Part shown: positions 11,416-15,862 of the stretch, piece by piece
How positions within the stretch are numbered: the stretch's first letter is position 1
Layout of the letters: the number at the start of each line of letters is the position of its first letter
From: a virus
Taxonomy: Duplodnaviria; Heunggongvirae; Uroviricota; Caudoviricetes
Strand: one strand, 5' to 3'
IMG/VR virus record: IMGVR_UViG_2609460218_000002
DNA length: 15,862 bases
The notes under the pieces: generated by a model
What the model was told of the DNA's origin: nothing
The model's database searches: none
Seen by the model: only the letters and a program-made list of their open reading frames with translations
Position numbers and translations under genes: made by a program

Positions 11416-11769
11416 GTGGCTGATTTCGATAACCTGTTCGATGCTGCCATTGCCCGCGCCGATGAAACGATACGCGGGTACATGGGAACGTCAGCCACCA
11501 TTACATCCGGTGAGCAGTCAGGTGCGGTGATACGTGGTGTTTTTGATGACCCTGAAAATATCAGCTATGCCGGACAGGGCGTGCGCGTTGAAGGCTCCAG
11601 CCCGTCCCTGTTTGTCCGGACTGATGATGCGCGGCAGCTGCGGCGTGGAGACACGCTGACCATCGGTGAGGAAAATTTCTGGGTAGATCGGGTTTCGCCG
11701 GATGATGGCGGAAGTTGTCATCTCTGGCTTGGACGGGGCGTACCGCCTGCCGTTAACCGTCGCCGCTGA
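11416..11769 (+). CDS. FII: Head-tail connector (head completion) protein FII
   Basis: 117 aa, GTG start, matching lambda gpFII (MADFDNLFDAAIARADETIRGYMGTSATITSGEQSG...). Confidence 0.95.
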   Translation: MADFDNLFDAAIARADETIRGYMGTSATITSGEQSGAVIRGVFDDPENISYAGQGVRVEGSSPSLFVRTDDARQLRRGDTLTIGEENFWVDRVSPDDGGSCHLWLGRGVPPAVNRRR

Positions 11770-11780
11770 AAGGGGGATGT

Positions 11781-12358
11781 ATGGTCATAAAAGGTCTTGA
11801 GCAGGCCGTTGAAAACCTCAGCCGTATCAGCAAAACGGCGGTGCCTGGTGCCGCCGCAATGGCCATTAACCGCGTTGCTTCATCCGCGATATCGCAGTCG
11901 GCGTCACAGGTTGCCCGTGAGACAAAGGTACGCCGGAAACTGGTAAAGGAAAGGGCCAGGCTGAAAAGGGCCACGGTCAAAAATCCGCAGGCCAGAATCA
12001 GGTTAACCGGGGGGATTTGCCCGTAATAAAGCTGGGTAACGCGCGGATTGTCCTGTCCCGACGCAGGCATCGTAAAAAGGGGCAGCGTTCANGCCTGAAA
12101 GGTGGCGGCAGCGTGCTTGTGGTGGGAAACCGTCGTATTCCCGGCGCGTTTATTCAGCAACTGAAAAATGGCCGCTGGCATGTCATGCAGCGTGTGGCCG
12201 GGAAAAACCGTTACCCCATTGATGTGGTGAAAATCCCGATGGCGGTGCCGCTGACCACGGCGTTTAAACAGAATATTGAACGGATACGGCGTGAACGTCT
12301 TCCGAAAGAGCTGGGCTATGCGCTGCAGCATCAACTGAGAATGGTAATAAAGCGATGA
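11781..12358 (+). pseudogene. Z: Tail completion protein Z, interrupted by an apparent 1-nt frameshift at about 12000
   Basis: Track ORF 11781..12026 matches the gpZ N-terminus up to ...NPQARI, then terminates. The remainder (...VNRGDLPVIKLGNARIVLSRRR...LRMVIKR) continues in the +2 frame through 12358. One N at 12092. May be a sequence error. Confidence 0.8.
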
Positions 12359-12750
12359 AACATACTGAACTCCGTGCAGCCGTACTGGATGCACTGGAGA
12401 AGCATGACACCGGGGCGACGCTTTTTGATGGTCGCCCCGCTGTTTTTGATGAGGCGGATTTTCCGGCAATTGCCGTTTATCTCACCGGCGCTGAATACAC
12501 GGGCGAAGAGCTGGACAGCGATACCTGGCAGGCGGAGCTGCATATTGAAGTTTTCCTGCCTGCTCAGGTGCCGGATTCAGAGCTGGATTCGTGGATGGAG
12601 TCCCGGATTTATCCGGTGATGAGCGATATCCCGGCACTGTCAGATTTGATCACCAGTATGGTGGCCAGCGGCTATGACTACCGGCGCGACGATGATGCGG
12701 GCCTGTGGAGTTCAGCCGATCTGACTTATGTCATTACCTATGAAATGTGA
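12355..12750 (+). CDS. U: Tail terminator (tail tube terminator) protein U
   Basis: 131 aa (MKHTELRAAVLDALEKHDTGATLFDGRPAVFDEADFPAIAVYLTGAEYTGEELDSD...), matching lambda gpU. ATGA overlap with the end of Z. Confidence 0.95.
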   Translation: MKHTELRAAVLDALEKHDTGATLFDGRPAVFDEADFPAIAVYLTGAEYTGEELDSDTWQAELHIEVFLPAQVPDSELDSWMESRIYPVMSDIPALSDLITSMVASGYDYRRDDDAGLWSSADLTYVITYEM

Positions 12751-12757
12751 GGACGCT

Positions 12758-13498
12758 ATGCCTGTACCAAATCCAGTAATGCCGGTGAAAGGGGCCGGGA
12801 CCACACTGTNGGTTTATAAGGGGAACGGTGANCCTTATGCGAACCCGCTTTCAGACGTTGACTGGTCGCGTCTGGCTAAAGTTAAAGACCTGACGCCCGG
12901 CGAACTGACCGCTGAGTCCTATGACGACAGCTATCTCGATGATGAAGATGCGGACTGGACTGCGACCGGGCAGGGGCAGAAATCTGCCGGAGATACCAGC
13001 TTCACGCTGGCGTGGATGCCCGGAGAGCAGGGGCAGCAGGCGCTGCTGGCGTGGTTTAATGAAGGGGATACCCGAGCCTATAAAATCCGCTTCCCGAATG
13101 GCACGGTCGATGTGTTCCGCGGCTGGGTCAGCAGTATCGGTAAGGCGGTGACGGCGAAGGAAGTGATCACCCGCACGGTGAAGGTCACCAATGTGGGCCG
13201 TCCGTCGATGGCAGAAGATCACAGCACGGTCACAGCGGCAACCGGCATGACCGTGACGCCTGCCAGCACCTCGGTGGTGAAAGGGCAGAGCACCACGCTG
13301 ACCGTGGCATTCCAGCCGGAAGGCGCAACCGACAAGAGCTTCCGTGCGGTGTCAGCGGATAAAACAAAAGCCACCGTGTCGGTCAGTGGTATGACCATCA
13401 CCGTGAAAGGTGTTGCTGCAGGCAAGGTCAACATTCCGGTCGTATCCGGTAATGGTGAACTTGCTGCGGTTGCAGAAATCAACGTCACCGCCAGTTAA
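12758..13498 (+). CDS. V: Major tail tube protein V (with C-terminal Ig-like domain)
   Basis: Start at ATG 12758 ([17 protein letters not shown]...), 246 aa as in lambda gpV. C-terminal part is Thr/Val-rich, Ig-like. Two N at 12810 and 12832. The track ORF begins at an upstream in-frame ATG. Confidence 0.95.
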   Translation: MPVPNPVMPVKGAGTTLXVYKGNGXPYANPLSDVDWSRLAKVKDLTPGELTAESYDDSYLDDEDADWTATGQGQKSAGDTSFTLAWMPGEQGQQALLAWFNEGDTRAYKIRFPNGTVDVFRGWVSSIGKAVTAKEVITRTVKVTNVGRPSMAEDHSTVTAATGMTVTPASTSVVKGQSTTLTVAFQPEGATDKSFRAVSADKTKATVSVSGMTITVKGVAAGKVNIPVVSGNGELAAVAEINVTAS

Positions 13499-13513
13499 TC
13501 CGGAGAGTCAGCG

Positions 13514-13936
13514 ATGTTCCTGAAAACCGAATCATTTGAACATAACGGTGTGACCGTCACGCTTTCTGAACTGTCAGCCCTGCAGCGTATTGAGCATCTC
13601 GNCCTGATGAAACGGCAGGCAGAACAGGCGGAGTCAGACAGCAACCGGAAGTTTACTGTGGAAGACGCCATCAGAACCGGTGCTTGTGTGGTGGCGATGT
13701 CCCTGTGGCATAACCATCCGCAGAAGACGCAGATGCCTTCCATGAATGAAGCCGTTAAACAGATTGAGCAGGAAGTGCTTACCACCTGGCCTACAGAGGC
13801 AATTTCTCATGCTGAAAACGTGGTGTACCGGCTGTCCGGTATGTATGAGTTTGTGGTGAATGATGCCCCTGAACAGGCAGAGGACGCCGGGCCTGCAGAG
13901 CCTGTTTCTGCGGGAAAGTGTTCGACGGTGAGCTGA
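13514..13936 (+). CDS. G: Tail assembly chaperone G
   Basis: 140 aa (MFLKTESFEHNGVTVTLSELSALQRIEHL...), matching lambda gpG. One N at 13602. Confidence 0.95.
   Translation: MFLKTESFEHNGVTVTLSELSALQRIEHLXLMKRQAEQAESDSNRKFTVEDAIRTGACVVAMSLWHNHPQKTQMPSMNEAVKQIEQEVLTTWPTEAISHAENVVYRLSGMYEFVVNDAPEQAEDAGPAEPVSAGKCSTVS
13912..13918 (+). promoter_or_regulatory. Programmed -1 ribosomal frameshift slippery heptamer GGGAAAG (G to G-T fusion)
   Basis: GGGAAAG at 13912-13918 near the 3' end of G, where the -1 frame (T) is open. This is the conserved tail-chaperone frameshift of lambda-like phages. Confidence 0.85.
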
Positions 13937-14352
13937 GTTTTGCCCTGAAACTGGCGCGCGAGATGGGGCGACCCGACTGGCGTGCCATGCTTGCCGGGAT
14001 GTCATCCACGGAGTATGCCGACTGGCACCGCTTTTACAGTACCCATTATTTTCATGATGTTCTGCTGGATATGCACTTTTCCGGGCTGACGTACACCGTG
14101 CTCAGCCTGTTTTTCAGCGATCCGGATATGCATCCGCTGGATTTCAGTCTGCTGAACCGGCGCGAGGCTGACGAAGAGACTGAAGATGATGTGCTGATGC
14201 AGAAAGCGGCAGGGCTTGCCGGAGGCGTTCGTTTTGGCCCGGACGGGAATGAAGTTATCCCCGCTTCCCCGGATGTGGCGGACATGACGGAGGATGACGT
14301 AATGCTGATGACAGTATCAGAAGGGATCGCAGGAGGAGTCCGGTATGGCTGA
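13918..14352 (+). CDS. T: T segment of the G-T tail assembly chaperone fusion (expressed by -1 frameshift from G)
   Basis: Open -1 frame 13918..14352 matching lambda gpT (…LSFALKLAREMGRPDWRAMLAGMSSTEYADWHRFYSTHYF...). No independent initiation expected. Confidence 0.9.
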   Translation: MFDGELSFALKLAREMGRPDWRAMLAGMSSTEYADWHRFYSTHYFHDVLLDMHFSGLTYTVLSLFFSDPDMHPLDFSLLNRREADEETEDDVLMQKAAGLAGGVRFGPDGNEVIPASPDVADMTEDDVMLMTVSEGIAGGVRYG

Positions 14353-15655
14353 ACCGGTAGGCGATCTGGTCGTTGATTTAAGTCTGGATGCGGCCAGATT
14401 TGACGAGCAGATGGCCAGAGTCAGGCGTCATTTTTCCGGTACGGAAACTGATGCGAAAAAAACAGCGGCAGTCGTTGAACAGTCGCTGAGCCGACAGGCG
14501 CTGGCTGCACAGAAAGCGGGGATTTCCGTCGGGCAGTATAAAGCCGCCATGCGTATGCTGCCTGCACAGTTCACCGACGTGGCCACGCAGCTTGCAGGCG
14601 GGCAAAGTCCGTGGCTGATCCTGCTGCAACAGGGTGGTCAGGTTAAGGACTCCTTCGGCGGGATGATCCCCATGTTCAGGGGGCTTGCCGGTGCGATCAC
14701 CCTGCCGATGGTGGGGGCCACCTCGCTGGCGGTGGCGACCGGTGCGCTGGCGTATGCCTGGTATCAGGCAACTCAACCCTGTCCGATTTCAACAAAACGC
14801 TGGTCCTTTCCGGCAATCAGGCGGGACTGACGGCAGATCGTATTCTGGCCCTGTCCAGAGCCGGGCAGGCGGCAGGGCTGACGTTTAACCAGACCAGCGA
14901 GTCACTGACGGCGCTGGTGAATGCCGGTGTGCGTGGTGGTGAGCAGTTTGAGGCGATCAGCCAGAGTGTGGCGCGTTTCTCCTCTGCATCCGGCGTGGAG
15001 GTGGACAAGGTCGCTGAAGCCTTCGGGAAGCTGACCACAGACCCGACGTCGGGACTGACAGCGATGGCACGTCAGTTCCATAACGTGACGGCGGAGCAGA
15101 TTGCGTATGTTGCTCAGTTGCAGCGTTCCGGAGATGAAGCCGGGGCATTGCAGGCGGCGAACGAGGCCGCAACGAAAGGGTTTGATGACCAGACCCGCCG
15201 CCTGAAAGAGAACATGGGCACGCTGGAGACCTGGGCAGACAGGACAGCACGGGCATTCAAATCCATGTGGGATTCGGTGCTGGATATTGGTCGCCCGGAC
15301 ACTGCCCAGGGAATGCTGGAGAAAGCAGAAAAGGCTTTTGATGAGGCGGACAAAAAATGGCAGTGGTATCAGAGCCGAAGCCACCGGCGCGGTAAAACCT
15401 CAGCATTTCTTGCCAATCTCCGGGGAGCATGGGAGGACAGAGCGAATGCGCAACTTNGGCTTTCAGCCGCCACGTTGCAGGCCGATCTTGAAAAGGCCAG
15501 AGAGATGGCAGCAAAGGACTGGGCCGAGTCTGAGGCATCACGGCTGAAATATACCGAAGAGGCGCAGAAGGCTTACGAACGCCTGCAGACGCCGCTGGAG
15601 AAATATACCGCCCGTCAGGAAGAACTGAACAAGGCACTGAAAGACGGGAAAATCC
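14345..15655 (+). pseudogene. H: Tail tape measure protein H, disrupted by an apparent 1-nt frameshift (about 14767) and truncated by IS1 insertion at 15656
   Basis: Track ORF 14345..14830 matches the lambda gpH N-terminus to ...AYAWYQ. The gpH sequence (GNSTLSDFNKTLVLSGNQAGLTADR...) then continues in the -1 frame, which the track picks up as ORF 14917..15660. That frame ends at a TAG (15658-15660) created by the IS1 terminal repeat, about 437 codons into a gene that is about 853 codons in lambda. One N at 15457. Confidence 0.85.
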
Positions 15656-15862
15656 GGTAGTGACTCCAACTTACTGATAGTGTTTTATGTTCAGATAATG
15701 CCCGATGACCTTGTCATGCAGCTCCACCGATTTTGAGAACGACAGCGACTTCCGTCCCAGCCTTGCCAGATGTTGTCTCAGATTCAGATTATGTCGCTCA
15801 ATGCGCTGAGTGTAACGCTTGCTGATAACGTGCAGCTTTCCCTTCAGGCGTGATTCATACAG
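15656..15862 (-). mobile_element. IS1 insertion sequence, partial (right end, inverted; continues beyond window)
   Basis: From 15656 the sequence GGTAGTGACTCCAACTTACTGATAGTGTTTTATGTTCAGATAATGCCCGATGAC... is the reverse complement of the IS1 right terminus, including the terminal inverted repeat and the insB 3' end, with a few substitutions relative to canonical IS1. Lambda-like H sequence stops exactly at this point. Confidence 0.9.
15671..15862 (-). CDS. insB: IS1 transposase InsB, C-terminal portion (5' end outside window)
   Basis: Minus-strand translation ends ...[15 protein letters not shown] with stop (TAA, reverse complement of 15671-15673), as I recall for the IS1 InsB C-terminus. No start in window, so not in the ORF track. 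Confidence 0.8.
   Translation of the reverse strand: MYESRLKGKLHVISKRYTQRIERHNLNLRQHLARLGRKSLSFSKSVELHDKVIGHYLNIKHYQ

Noticed and set aside
12017-12358. Track ORF 12017..12358 as an independent gene
   Set aside because: It is the C-terminal part of Z in a shifted frame, matching gpZ residues. The TTG at 12017 is probably not a real start.
11518-14285. Ten ORFs inside the FII-Z-U-V-G-T genes, mostly minus-strand (e.g. 11753..12070, 12089..12469, 12851..13222, 13219..13488, 13495..13785, 13634..14005, 14052..14285)
   Set aside because: They lie antisense or out of frame within the lambda-like tail genes on the plus strand, with low-complexity translations and no independent support.
14378-15637. 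ORFs inside H, mostly minus-strand (14378..14776, 14817..15038, 14902..15384, 14957..15256, 15114..15353, 15257..15637)
   Set aside because: They overlap the tape-measure gene, whose lambda-like reading is clear in two adjoining plus frames.
14917-15660. Track ORF 14917..15660 as an independent gene
   Set aside because: It is the continuation of H after the frameshift at about 14767. The frame is open upstream of the arbitrary ATG at 14917, and its stop is supplied by the IS1 end.

Overview
This window is the late region of a lambdoid prophage or phage, read left to right on the + strand. It opens with a lysis cassette that is not lambda-type: a SAR-type GH24 endolysin and Rz with an embedded Rz1. 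A ~2.3 kb accessory (moron) island follows (about 1331-3640), organised like the E. coli Qin cryptic prophage: a cold-shock protein (cspI-like) with its own promoter, long leader and terminator, a small zinc-ribbon ORF, a 76-aa ORF, a GnsA/GnsB-family gene, and on the opposite strand a DUF3950 ribbon-helix-helix gene followed by a YdfO-like (DUF1398) gene. Then comes a lambda-type cos site and an almost lambda-identical morphogenesis operon (nu1, A, W, B, C/nu3, D, E, FI, FII, Z, U, V, G/T, H). Z and H each carry an apparent 1-nt frameshift, and H is cut by an inverted IS1 copy that runs off the window end. No tRNA, rRNA or CRISPR array was seen. There are 12 ambiguous bases (N), so single-base lesions may be sequence errors. 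Lambda comparisons are from memory of the reference proteins and cos sequence, not from a search. The best candidates for something undescribed are the small modules in the moron island, but I cannot show a function for any of them from sequence alone.
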